From NCBI GenBank assembly GCA_963702435.1, contig CAVPCR010000002.1, positions 608,001 through 672,000 of the forward strand: a stretch of DNA of 64,000 nt, written 5' to 3'. The notes beneath the pieces were generated by a model. The model saw only the letters and a list, made by a program, of their open reading frames with translations, was not told the origin of the DNA and did no database searches. Positions 19,326 to 29,348 of the stretch are shown piece after piece (position 1 is the first letter of the stretch; each line of letters begins with the position of its first letter). A program made the translations under genes and the position numbers. The DNA is from Candidatus Eiseniibacteriota bacterium. Its GTDB lineage: Bacteria; Eisenbacteria; RBG-16-71-46; CAVPCR01.

Positions 19326-21200
19326 CTACTCGATACGACTTCTGATGAACCGCTCAGTCTCTTTGTCCACGAAGTAGACGAAGCACCCCCGCAGCCCCCG
19401 CGTCAGGAGCACGCGATAGGTGTTCTTCACCAAGTCCGTGAAAGCGCCCTTAGCTCTCTTCACGACAACATCAAATGACTTCGCCTGATCGCCAATCCAC
19501 TTCGCCTGATCCGGGTCGTACCGCAAGTCACCGCCGAAGACGACTCCAACGTAGTCGAATTCAAACCCCTGCGCCGTGTACACACAGCCGACCTGTCCGA
19601 CCCCGCGTGGATCCGTAGCCCAGTAGCTCGCCCTTGGCACATCGGCAGCGAGGCTGTACGACTCCGGCCTTGCATTCCAGGGCCGCTTGTAGTCTCCGAT
19701 GACAATGTCATCGATCAGAGTCCCGTCCCGTCGAGGTTGCGACCACGGCCAGCAGAAGCCGGCGGTCAGGCGGGCGCCATACCCCTTTGCCCGCTTCTCC
19801 GCGATCGCCCGCTCGAGCTCCTCCGCGCTGTCGACGATGCGAAACTCGAAGCTCTCCTGGTCTTCGCGCTGGAACAAGATGTTCTCGGTTCTCACGATGT
19901 CGAGGGTGTTGTTGACCCAATTGACAAATGCCTCGGAGCCACCACAACGGAACTGCAGATCCAGCTCGTATTCGTGAAGAGAACACCCGAACTTCGCGGC
20001 AGCACTTCTAATGTAGCCTGCTGAGCCGATCTCGTTGGGGCGAACGACCTGCTTGTCATCGAGCAAGAACACGCTGACCTTGGCGCTCTCGATGAGCTCT
20101 TCGATCTGCGGTCTCCGCGACCTCAGACTCGCCCGCGTGTAACGGCTGTTGCTTGTCTCTCTGATGCGGTGTGCCTCGTCACACACAAGTACATCAACGG
20201 CATTCGCCTCTGCCTTCGTGTAGCTGTTGAAGTACTTGAATTGCACCGCCCCTCGCGGGCCGATGACCTTCCGCAGCGTTTCAGTGAACGCTTTCGATCC
20301 CGTTGCGTACTGCGCATTGTGGTTCATGCGAAGGAGCTCGGCGACGAGATTGATGGCAATCACTGACTTACCAGTTCCTGGTCCACCGGTGATCATGATT
20401 GTCGTCTTTGGGCCGTCGCCAAACCCCGCCTTGGCCATGCCGAGAACACGATCGAATGCCACAAGCTGTTCGTCTAGCAGGATGTACTCGGGATTACCCT
20501 TGATGACGTTCGCAACGTGCTGCATCAGCTGCTTGCTCGGCCTGTACTTGCTCTGCTCAACCCGTGCCAGCACGGGGAGTCCATTCCCGCCTGACAGCTG
20601 CGTGCCAAGGAGCGAGGCGATTCCATCGAAGTCGTCTGCAGAGAAGACCGGATGTGACGATAGAACCTCGGAGAACTTGGAAGCAAGCATCGGGTCGTTC
20701 GCTTCGACCCTGTAGTTGTGAAGATAGCAGCAGGAGCTCAACCCTATAGGCGACGGGGGTTCGTAGAAGGCTGTATGCGTGTCGCGCAGGTACATTTCGT
20801 ACTGCCTGACCTGAACTGCTGGATGGAGCACCTCGCGTCGAGCACCCCCAAGGAACGTGATCAGCTCATTGTCCGACGGGCTCGCTTCGCAAGCCTGCCA
20901 CTGCTTCAACTCAATGATCACTGCTTTGTCGTCATGGGAGCTGGTTGTGCCGCACAGCATGCAATCGAGTCGCCTGGAGGTCAGCGGCAGCTGGTACTCG
21001 AGCAGCACGCCATGATCGTTCAGCTCAGCTCCCTTGATCACATCCTTGAGCGCTCGCAGCGAATTCTGCCAGGACATGACTTCCGATGGCGATGGCCGGC
21101 TTCGGTAGTATGCCAAGTACGCATTGCGGAGCTTATCGGCTATCTGGTTCCGTGCCGTATCAGTGCAAAACTGCTCGGACGTCCCCGCGTACAGCCGCAT
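19326..21200 (-). CDS. DUF2075 (Schlafen group 3-type) helicase with an N-terminal nuclease-like domain
   Basis: LEYQLP...RLD...IIELKQW; Walker A GGPGTGKS; DEAHR; AGFCWPW; YTAQGFEFDYVGV; KNTYRVLLTRG. More AT-rich than the flanks. Confidence 0.9.
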   Translation of the reverse strand: MRLYAGTSEQFCTDTARNQIADKLRNAYLAYYRSRPSPSEVMSWQNSLRALKDVIKGAELNDHGVLLEYQLPLTSRRLDCMLCGTTSSHDDKAVIIELKQWQACEASPSDNELITFLGGARREVLHPAVQVRQYEMYLRDTHTAFYEPPSPIGLSSCCYLHNYRVEANDPMLASKFSEVLSSHPVFSADDFDGIASLLGTQLSGGNGLPVLARVEQSKYRPSKQLMQHVANVIKGNPEYILLDEQLVAFDRVLGMAKAGFGDGPKTTIMITGGPGTGKSVIAINLVAELLRMNHNAQYATGSKAFTETLRKVIGPRGAVQFKYFNSYTKAEANAVDVLVCDEAHRIRETSNSRYTRASLRSRRPQIEELIESAKVSVFLLDDKQVVRPNEIGSAGYIRSAAAKFGCSLHEYELDLQFRCGGSEAFVNWVNNTLDIVRTENILFQREDQESFEFRIVDSAEELERAIAEKRAKGYGARLTAGFCWPWSQPRRDGTLIDDIVIGDYKRPWNARPESYSLAADVPRASYWATDPRGVGQVGCVYTAQGFEFDYVGVVFGGDLRYDPDQAKWIGDQAKSFDVVVKRAKGAFTDLVKNTYRVLLTRGLRGCFVYFVDKETERFIRSRIE

Positions 21201-21202
21201 CT

Positions 21203-21553
21203 CTACAACTCCGTGTACTTGACTGCGCGGCCGCGTGACTTCTCGACCGGATACTTCACAGCGTTCTCAGCGAGCTTTTTCTCGACGATATCCTGTGGGT
21301 CCACTCCAAGTCGATGAGCGAGGAGGAGCGCGAAGATGAGGACGTCGGCAAGCTCGCTGCGAATTGCCTCCGGTGCTGAGCCTGAGCAAAGCTCCTCGAC
21401 CTCGGAAGGCGACTTCCATAGGAAATGCTCGAGCAGCTCCGCAGCCTCGATACTCAGCCCGAGGGATAGGTCCTTTGGATTGTGGTACTGCGCCCAATCT
21501 CGGGCGTCACGAAAGGCAATGATCTTGGCGATGAGGTCGTCGATGGTGTTCAT
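21203..21553 (-). CDS. MazG-like nucleotide pyrophosphohydrolase
   Basis: FRDARDWAQYHNPKDL...EAAELLEHF...ELADV...NAVKYP. Confidence 0.92.
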   Translation of the reverse strand: MNTIDDLIAKIIAFRDARDWAQYHNPKDLSLGLSIEAAELLEHFLWKSPSEVEELCSGSAPEAIRSELADVLIFALLLAHRLGVDPQDIVEKKLAENAVKYPVEKSRGRAVKYTEL

Positions 21554-21588
21554 TTCAGTTCCGATCTACTGGTGACAACTGGCGCTCT

Positions 21589-24168
21589 TCATGATTCCCC
21601 CTTCTCCGGTCCGCGCGTGGCTGGGCGTAGGCTCTCGACGCATATGGAGGCTCCATCGCGCGTTGCATACTTCCTGCCCCGCCACGCAGCAGCGCGCTCG
21701 CGCACGGTGTCGGCGTCGGGATCGAAGCCCAATTGCTCATCCAACTGATCGACGAGGTACACATCCTCCGCCACGGACTGCGGGGTCCGCTTCGTGCCGC
21801 GGCGCCCCCGCGCCGCCCGCGCATCCCCCGACCCCACGGCCACCTCACCCGTCGCAAACCACTCGGCCACGGCCTCCGCGAGCAACTCCCCTGCCACCAT
21901 CGTCGGCCTGACCGGCAGCGATCGCCTGAACACCTCGCCGTAGCTCGACGTCAGCAGCCGCGGGTCGAGGCAGATCACCGCACCGCGGTCGTCGAGGCTC
22001 CGGATCAACCGGCCGAAGCCCTGGCGGAAGCGGAGCACGGCCTCGGGCAAGAACAAGCTCGAGAACGGCACCTCCCCCGCTGCCGAGAGCTTCTCGCTCC
22101 GCGCTGCAATCAAAGGCTCCGACGGCACCGGGAACGGAAGCCGCGTGATCACGAGCACCTCGAGTTCCTCGCCGGGGAAGTCGACGCCCTCCCAGAAGCT
22201 CGACGTCCCGAGGAGGATCGCCCCGGCGTCCTGCCGGAAGCGGCGGGCGAGGACCTGTCGCGGCCCATCGAGCCCCTGCGCGAAGAGCGGACGGCCCTGC
22301 GCCTCGGCGACCGGCCGCACCCGCGCCCACACCTCGCGCAAGAGCCAGTTCGACGTGAAGAGGACGAGCGTGCGTCGCGGCACTCCGACGACCAGCGATT
22401 TCAAGAGGTTGGCGACCGCGGCGGCGTAGCCGGGCGCGTTGGGCGGCGTGAAGCCGGGATCGGCGAGGAGCACGCACTGGCGCGCGTGCTCGAACGGCGA
22501 GTCGAGCGCCATCAGGTGAAGGCGGCGGCGGTCGCGGCGGTCGAGGCCGAGGCGAGCGACCAGGTGGTCGAAGGAGCCGGCCACGGTCAGGGTGGCCGAA
22601 GTCAGGATGGCCGAACGGAAGCGGTCGAGGACACGACTGGCGAAGGTGTCGGCCACCTCGAGCGGGAGCGACGAGAGGCGTGCGGCGCCGCGCTCGAGAT
22701 CGACCCAGCAAACGTCGGCGTCGTCGGGCTCGGCGAGGGCGGCGAGGTCCGAGCCGAGCCATCCCCAATCCCCGGCGACCCCGGTCAGCTCGAGGAGCCA
22801 GTCGCCGGCGGACTCGGCGGGGAGCGATGCGGTGACGCGATCGATCGCGACCGCGAGGTCGCGGAGCGAGTGGCCCAGGTCCTCGATGGCCGCCCGGGCC
22901 CGATCCACCTCGAGACCGAAGAGCTCGGAGGCGGTCTCGGCGTTGTAGCGGAAGGGGGAGCCGAGACCGAAGCCGGGGCCGGGGAAGGCGCCTTTGTTTG
23001 AAGCGAGGGAGCGACCGTTCGGTGCAAATTTCGACTGCTCACTGGCACCGAGCGATCCCGCGGGATCGCTCAGGATCCGGCGCCCGACCGCCCTCAAGGC
23101 GACGAGCACGAGCCCCGCCGCCCGCTCCACCCCCTCGCGCACCTGGCCGATGCGCTGGCCCAGGTTCAGGCGATCGACATCGGACGGGATTGCACGCAGC
23201 CGCTCCGCGAGCCGCCCGAGCTCGCCGACCCGCGCAAGCTCTGCACCCAGGGCGAAGGCGCCGGTGCCGAGGTCATCGAAGGGCGGGGCGCCGTCGTCGT
23301 CGTCCGCGGAGGCCCCTGGCCCGACCGCCCCTGGATCCACCGCACCCGCCCCTGAATCCGCTGCGAGCGCCGCCCGCGCCCCGAGCGCCCGCCCCACCAG
23401 CCCCTGCACCCGCTCGATCGACACTTCGCGCCCGCAGGCGTCCGTGAGCGCCCGCTCGAGGTGATGCGCCTCGTCGAGCACGAGCCCATCGGCATCGGGC
23501 AGGTAGGCCGAGTCGCGGAGGAGGTGATTGAAGAGGAGAGCGTGGTTCAGGATCACGAGGTGCGACGTCTGCGCCCGCTTCCATGCGCGCCGGATGAAGC
23601 AGTCGTCTCCCCGATGGCAACGCCCCCAGTTGCAGCTCGCCGGATCGGAGGCCAGGCGCGCACCGCTCTCCCCCAGCGGCCCGAGCGCGGCCTCGGCCTC
23701 GGTGAGCTCCCCGGTCTCGGTCTCGACCACCCAGCCCGCGAGCCGCTCGAGCATCCCGGGCGGGAGCGCGAGGAGCCCGCGCCGCGCCTCCTCCCAGCGC
23801 CGCCGGCAAAGGTAGTTCGATTTCCCCTTCAGGACGGTCACCCGGAGCGGCCCCTCCCCGATCGCCGCGAGCACCTCGGCGACGATCGGCAGGTCCTTCT
23901 CGAGAAGCTGGTCCTGGAGGTTGAGCGTCCCGGTCGCGATCGCGACCGGCACCTGCTGGCGGAGGGCGTGGAGGGCGGCGGGAATCAGATAGGCGAGCGA
24001 CTTCCCGATGCCGGTCGGCGCCTCGACCGCAAGCACTCCGCCCGAGTCGAGCACGTCGGACACGCCGCGGGCCATCTCGAGCTGACCGTCGCGGTGCTCG
24101 AATGCAGGGAGGACGCCCGGGAGCGGGCCCTTCGGGCCGAGGAGGTCGTCGATCGAGTGGGGAGACAC
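21589..24168 (-). CDS. dinG: ATP-dependent DNA helicase, DinG/YoaA family
   Basis: Q-motif RDGQLEM, EAPTGIGKSLAYL, KGKSNYLC with Fe-S cysteines, DEAHHL, TSATL, FWEGVD, RQGFGRLIR. Confidence 0.92.
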   Translation of the reverse strand: MSPHSIDDLLGPKGPLPGVLPAFEHRDGQLEMARGVSDVLDSGGVLAVEAPTGIGKSLAYLIPAALHALRQQVPVAIATGTLNLQDQLLEKDLPIVAEVLAAIGEGPLRVTVLKGKSNYLCRRRWEEARRGLLALPPGMLERLAGWVVETETGELTEAEAALGPLGESGARLASDPASCNWGRCHRGDDCFIRRAWKRAQTSHLVILNHALLFNHLLRDSAYLPDADGLVLDEAHHLERALTDACGREVSIERVQGLVGRALGARAALAADSGAGAVDPGAVGPGASADDDDGAPPFDDLGTGAFALGAELARVGELGRLAERLRAIPSDVDRLNLGQRIGQVREGVERAAGLVLVALRAVGRRILSDPAGSLGASEQSKFAPNGRSLASNKGAFPGPGFGLGSPFRYNAETASELFGLEVDRARAAIEDLGHSLRDLAVAIDRVTASLPAESAGDWLLELTGVAGDWGWLGSDLAALAEPDDADVCWVDLERGAARLSSLPLEVADTFASRVLDRFRSAILTSATLTVAGSFDHLVARLGLDRRDRRRLHLMALDSPFEHARQCVLLADPGFTPPNAPGYAAAVANLLKSLVVGVPRRTLVLFTSNWLLREVWARVRPVAEAQGRPLFAQGLDGPRQVLARRFRQDAGAILLGTSSFWEGVDFPGEELEVLVITRLPFPVPSEPLIAARSEKLSAAGEVPFSSLFLPEAVLRFRQGFGRLIRSLDDRGAVICLDPRLLTSSYGEVFRRSLPVRPTMVAGELLAEAVAEWFATGEVAVGSGDARAARGRRGTKRTPQSVAEDVYLVDQLDEQLGFDPDADTVRERAAAWRGRKYATRDGASICVESLRPATRGPEKGES

Positions 24169-24242
24169 TCTCGTCTGGCACTCCGCGGGGCGTTCGGGGT
24201 GGTCGGCTTGTGTCGGCCGCGCTTGGTGGCGGCGTCCGGATC

Positions 24243-24324
24243 CATCCGGTAGCCAGCCACGGGAGGGGCGAAGGCCCGAGGCCAACCGACTGCTGCGGGC
24301 ACGAGGCGGGAGTCTAGCAGGCGG
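24243..24324 (-). repeat. 82-bp direct repeat copy 1 (extended -10 plus leader upstream of dinG)
   Basis: 75/82 identical to 27585..27666 without gaps; contains TGcTAGACT and ends at an ATG on the minus strand. Confidence 0.9.
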
Positions 24325-24910
24325 GGCAGACCACCTCAACAGTTGGCTCCTTCGCCACCCGCCCGCCGCGCGGACCCACCGCTCGATGTACGCTGATAGC
24401 ACGAGGGGTAGCTCGTTTCACCTGCTCAATCGCCCACTGCGTCAGCCCATCCCACTCGTCAAGGGATCCTCCCTCGAGCAGTTGCCATCCGAGCTCTTCG
24501 AGGGTCCAGTTGCCTTTCGCGCTGTTTCGCATCATCCATGTGGTGACCCGGTTCTTGGAGTGATCTGGCCCGCCGCGCGCGACCGGCTCCACGTGATCGA
24601 TCGGTAGGAAACAGCTCCCAGAACACGATGTGAGATTCGCTCATCAGCCAATTCGGATGTGCAGGGAACTCCTCCGGAAGCAATGCCGAGAGAAGGCGCA
24701 GCGTCCCAGGAAAGACCAACGTTGTCCCGAGTAGCGATCAATGAAGCCGTCCTCCGCGAAGGTTCGATCTTCTCCGACTCGCTGTAGCGTCGCCCTTGAG
24801 GTGAAACCGGGGTGAACGGGTACTCCGTGGCGCGCGCATGTCGCAGCTTCCTGGATCTTGCCGTTCGCGATCGCCTCGCAGACACCGACAATCACCCCAG
24901 TCTTGTCCAT
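24314..24910 (-). pseudogene. HNH-type endonuclease, multiply frameshifted
   Basis: Pieces across frames: DGFIDRYSGQR / VFPGTLRLLS...PAHPNW...FWELFPT / IDHVEPVARGG...NRVTT...NSAKGNWTLEELGW. Confidence 0.75.
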
Positions 24911-24919
24911 GTTTCTTGC

Positions 24920-25620
24920 TCCGTCGCTGGGCGGCCAGCCAACTCCGACCTCGCCGCTTCATCAGCGGAGCCTGCCTGGACCGACTGCCTGGAATCACAT
25001 AGGCAGTCAGCTTGCGCAGCACTGGCTTGTGTAGTTGCTGGAGTGGTCGCTATCATTCTGAGCAAGAAGATGCTGCGGTCTCCAGACGAAGTCCTGCTTG
25101 AAACGCTTCGATCAGGTGCAGGCCATGGAGCTTCAATGCCAGGGCGACTCGCACATCGCTGCCAGATGACGGAGGCTCGAGCAGCTTGGAGAAGAAGTAG
25201 TCGCGACTGGACGACACGAGGTCAAACAGAAGCGCGGTTTGTGCGCTTTGCGGACGTGTAGCGCAAAGCGAAGGGAATGGTATCGACGAACAAGAAACGG
25301 TGCGGCAAGATCAGAGAGCTCGTCTCGAGATCAGGGACGAGGACGGGGGGAACGTGCGAAGGACGCGACCGACCCAGGGTCGATCCAACGTCGTAGAAGT
25401 AGCGAATCGCGGAACCCTCCGGAGTCCACGGCGCAGCCTCGGCAATAAGAAGAGACCGACCGGGATGCCATTCAACCTGGCGAGGTTCCGCTCCCAGGCG
25501 CTCTCAGTAACCCTGAAGATCTCGTTGAGCTGTGGCAATTGCTCCGAGACCGTTGGTGGGGAAACAGGCGATTGACGGCAGCGAAGGCATCAGGAAACAG
25601 CGATTCGAGGGAGGTCACTG
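24920..25620 (-). pseudogene. Hypothetical protein, apparently frameshifted
   Basis: Gene-sized gap between co-oriented HNH genes with only short ORF pieces (e.g. 25311..25538); boundaries approximate. Confidence 0.35.
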
Positions 25621-25658
25621 TCGATTCCTTTTGCATTGCTGCTCGTCATGCACGATCT

Positions 25659-26588
25659 TCACCCCAGAAACCGATTCTCGTTGTGCCAGCGCAGGTAGTC
25701 CGACGGGGCCGCTCCGCAGCGTTGGCCGGCACTCGCAGAACTCGCCCCTCGAGAGGGTAGTAGGTTCGTCCGTTCTCGTAATGTCGCGGGAGCCTCTGCT
25801 GACGTGGAACTTCAGGTCAGGCGTGACTGTGACGTAGCCCTTGTGAGCAGGCGATGAACATCAGCGCGAAGCAGTACGCCGTTCCTCACCTCGTGATTCC
25901 CGGCGTCCGCATATGGACGAAGTGAGCCGCTTCGAGAGCGGGCAGGGAATGCTCTAAGGTCACCGCGCAACCGCGGCCGTAGGCCTCCATCGACGGCGAT
26001 CCTCACGGTACCCTGGCCGAGCCGAGGGGCGACCGAGTGTCGGCTTGCCGTATCGATGCTCGGCAACTCCCGTCCTGTGAGCGGCTTCAGCGTGGGAGCG
26101 CCCCTCTCGCCCGCCGTGGCGCAGCACTCCGACCAGACTCTCGCCCTCGCCCGATGCGAGGTCGTACTTCTTGTCGGTCTGGGTCCTTGCGGGCCAGTCG
26201 CGTGGCGGCCTTACCCAAGCCTCAGGCGAGAAAAAGGTCGGCTGAACGAGGAGGATGCACCCGATGTCCGCAGGAGCGTTGCCTCGGTAGTGAATGCGGT
26301 CCCGAATGCCGCTGATCCGCCCACGCATCTCCCCGAGGCTCTCGCATCCATCTCCGATGCCGAATGTCTCCCAGGCCAGCCAGTCGGGAAGCCGTGAGTA
26401 GCGAACGAAGAACCGCGACCCGCAGATCGCGCTCTCTGGAGCGCGGAGCTTGAAGAGGTAATGGAGAAGGGTTGGCGAGGAAGGCGCGGGGTGGCCGAGG
26501 GCTTCCAGAAGTTCACCTCCTCGAGCTCGGGGCGAGAGCTGAGCCGCTCGTACCAGGCCGTATCCGTGATGGCGATCGTGCCCTGCAT
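25659..26588 (-). pseudogene. Putative restriction endonuclease, HNH family (EVNFWxP-type N-terminus), frameshifted
   Basis: ITDTAWYERL...EEVNFWKP / FKLRAP...LAWETFG...IGCILL / RLGQG / NHEVRNGVLLRADVHRL / GYVTVTPD / RWHNENRFLG-stop. Confidence 0.8.
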
Positions 26589-26628
26589 GCGTCACTCCGC
26601 CTGAACCGCGATGCTCCGCCGATGGCAC

Positions 26629-27529
26629 TCATGCCGCGCTCCTGAACTCGCGTGCGGGGCTCAAGGTCTGGGAGCGGACGGCGAACTCCGCGGCCGGAGG
26701 CCGAGGCGCACGAGTCGAACCTGAAACCTGCTTCAGCATGGACCGTCGATCTGCTCGAGCACGTTGCGCTGGACTTCCACGACGTAGTCCGGACGGATTA
26801 CATATCAGCCAATCAATGTCCTGAGTAAACTTGCTCAGCGCAAGACCATCTTCACCGTTGGCTCGCCCTGGGGTCGGCGTCGGGAACGATGTGGGCCGCA
26901 TCGAGAAGATCGCGGTGTCGGAGCCGGCACAGCGTGCATTCGTCGCGGTAGGCACGAAGCACTGAGTAGCCAGAGCGCTGGTGGATAGCGTGAGTGATGG
27001 AGTCATATACGCGCGCGGCCCTCTGCTAATGGACTGCACGCGCCCCGCTCGCCCCGACAGCCTCTACGCGGTCAACGAGGCGCAGGTCATCGGCCGCCAC
27101 CGTGAAGCTGAGCTGAGCCGGATCATCCCCGACGATGAAGACGGGCCAGACGGCCAGGTATCGCCCAGGGGCAACGCCGTGGAAGTAGACGAGCGGGATC
27201 TGGAGGCGCATGGCTTCTCGGAGGCCGACATTGTCCCGATGGGTCGGGTCCGTGCCTCGATACCGATAGCGCAGGAGACCATCGCCTCCGAAGCTGTCGT
27301 CATAGGGACCTTCGGGGGCCGTCGTGATCGACAGCGGAAGCGCTGCGAGAGCAGGCTTGAAGATCCCCTGCGGTCCGACGAGCGGCACCCGTTGCCCGTC
27401 GAACTCGAACCCCTTCCGGAGGACATCGAGCGGCAGAACGTCATCGTGGAGGGCGACTTGCTCCGCGAGCCAGCTGAAGGCGGCCATACGGATCGCCGCA
27501 TCCCTTTGCTGGTCGTACTGCGAACTCAT
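26629..27529 (-). pseudogene. SRA-like domain plus HNH endonuclease; HNH half frameshifted
   Basis: Intact N-terminus GIFKP...LSITT...PYDD...YRYRGTDPTHRDNVGLREAM...LVYFHG; downstream ECALCRLRHRDLLDAAHIVPD in another frame. Confidence 0.78.
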
Positions 27530-27584
27530 CGGCTCACACCCTCTTGCGGTACTTGACGGCCGGGGCGTTCGAGATGTTCGGAAT

Positions 27585-27666
27585 CATCCGGCGGCCAGCG
27601 ACGGGAGGGGCGAGGGCCTGAGGCCAGCCGACTGCTGCAGGCACGAGGCGGGAGTCTAGCAGGCGG
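27585..27666 (-). repeat. 82-bp direct repeat copy 2 (upstream of the SRA-HNH gene)
   Basis: 75/82 identical to 24243..24324; the 27 promoter-proximal nt are identical. Confidence 0.9.
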
Positions 27667-27765
27667 AGAAAGGGCCGCTCGAAGGCCAGAGCAGGTCGCA
27701 CCAACATCGCCCCTACGGCGTTGATCCCCCATGAGAAAGACACCGCTCCGGGACGATTCATGACT

Positions 27766-28174
27766 TCAGCCACGGGACCGCCGGGTTCGTCCCCGGCTCA
27801 GTTGCCGTTCTATTGCGCGCTCCACCCTCGGCGGCAGTTGCCACAGCCCAAGCCGACCGCCGCACCGGATGGGTTCGCGAAGCGGGCGTGGGCGCGCTCA
27901 GGACCCAGCCGAGCGGCCCGATGAACCACTTGGAGCGGTGCTGATTCACAACTGCCACGACGTCCACGACCCCGATGATGGCGCCGTGGAGCAACTCGTC
28001 GCTGTTTGGCTTCTTCACACCGCGCGGAAGCCCATCCAACGAATCCAAGCCAGATCCGGCGTGGATCGCGATCGTCCCGACCACGTGCCGGTTCGTCCAG
28101 CTGCGATTCTCGATGTTCTTTCCTGCGTGAATGATCGCCCAGGCCCACGGCTGGCGAACAGTTAGACCCTTCAT
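27766..28174 (-). CDS. ASCH domain protein; probable frameshift near the 3' end
   Basis: MKGLTVRQPWAWAIIHAGKNIENRSW...IAIHAG...GAIIGVV; the expected PIRCGGRLGLW tail is in another frame. Confidence 0.85.
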
Positions 28175-28286
28175 ATCCCTCCTTACACGACCGCTCCGGG
28201 CACAAGGCGAGAGTTGAGCAGGCAAGCCGCGGCGCCTCAGAGGTCACAGCGGCAAATCGGCACGATGGCAGGTGCCAAGGAGCGCC

Positions 28287-29348
28287 CTATCCGCCCCCGC
28301 TCCCGTGCCCATGCCGGTGATGGAGGTCGGGCCAGTGCGGGTGCGCATGCACGACAGCCTCGTGGCGATGGCGGTGCGAGTGCGCTCTCGCGGCGGCCGC
28401 CGCCTCGCGCCCCACATGCTCGTGCGAGTGGTGTCCATCATCGTGCCCATGCGCGTGCTCGTGATCGAGCGCCTCATGTTCGTGCAGGTGCGCATGGCGC
28501 TCCGCGGTGAGGAGTCCGATGCCGGCGACGAAGAGAAGCCCCGAGACCAGGTGCACGAGGCCGAGGGACTCGCCGAGCACGAGGGCGGAGAGCGTGACGC
28601 CGAAGAATGGCGCGGTCGCAAAGGCCACCTGCGCGCGCGTGGCGCCAAGCGCCTGCGCCGAGGAGATGTAGAGAACGATGCTCGCGCCGTAGGACCAGAT
28701 GCCGACGAAGAGCGCGGCGAGCACCGCCAGCGCCCCTCCGCCGAGCGGATCCAGGACAAGCCCGATCGCGAGGTTCGTCGTGCCAGCAAGCAGCCCCTTC
28801 CAGAAGGTGCTCTCCGCTGGCGTGATCCCGTCGATGAGCGCCGTCAGGTGGTTGTCGAATCCCCAGCACACGCACCCGAGCAAGACCAGGACCGCAGCCG
28901 CGAGTCCCGCGCTCCCCCCGCCGAGGGACAGCAACGCTGCGCCGGCCAGGGCGGCGGCGACCCCCGCCCATCCGGTGCGCCCCAGGTGGTCATGGAAGAT
29001 GAGGACCCCGATGACGGCGGTCGCCGCCACCTCGAAGTTGAGCCACAGGGAGACCGAAGCGGCGGCGGCGAGGCGGAGTCCGAGAAGGAGAAGGACCGGG
29101 CCGACGACCCCGCCAAGAACCACGGCGCCGAGGAGGCGGACGCGGTTTCGCGGATCGGCCCCCCCGGGCAGGCGGATGCGACCGCGGCGCCGCAGGGCCA
29201 CCGGCGCCGCCCCCAGCGCGGCCCCCAGGTAGAGGAGTCCCGCGAGCTGGAATGGCTTGAGCGAGCCCAGGAGCCACTTGCTCGCCGGCGTCGCCGCGCC
29301 GAAGAGGAGCGCGGCAAGAAGAGCGAGCACCGTGGGCCAGGCGTTCAT
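28287..29348 (-). CDS. DMT/EamA-family transporter with a His-rich C-terminal tail
   Basis: ALLFGAATPASK, LAGLLYLGA, CWGFDNHLT, HAHPHWPDLHHRHGH. Confidence 0.9.
   Translation of the reverse strand: MNAWPTVLALLAALLFGAATPASKWLLGSLKPFQLAGLLYLGAALGAAPVALRRRGRIRLPGGADPRNRVRLLGAVVLGGVVGPVLLLLGLRLAAAASVSLWLNFEVAATAVIGVLIFHDHLGRTGWAGVAAALAGAALLSLGGGSAGLAAAVLVLLGCVCWGFDNHLTALIDGITPAESTFWKGLLAGTTNLAIGLVLDPLGGGALAVLAALFVGIWSYGASIVLYISSAQALGATRAQVAFATAPFFGVTLSALVLGESLGLVHLVSGLLFVAGIGLLTAERHAHLHEHEALDHEHAHGHDDGHHSHEHVGREAAAAARAHSHRHRHEAVVHAHPHWPDLHHRHGHGSGGG

Noticed and set aside
21589..24168. dinG as type IV-A CRISPR CasDinG
   Set aside because: No csf/cas genes or array; host-like composition and ordinary DinG/YoaA motifs.
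27565..27581. GTTC-N5-GTTC as a LexA box
   Set aside because: Spacing fits no LexA motif I know, and it is absent from the dinG-proximal repeat copy.
24243..27666. 82-bp repeats as attC sites or prophage attL/attR
   Set aside because: No RYYYAAC/GTTRRRY ends, no long dyad symmetry, and no integrase, tRNA or phage genes.
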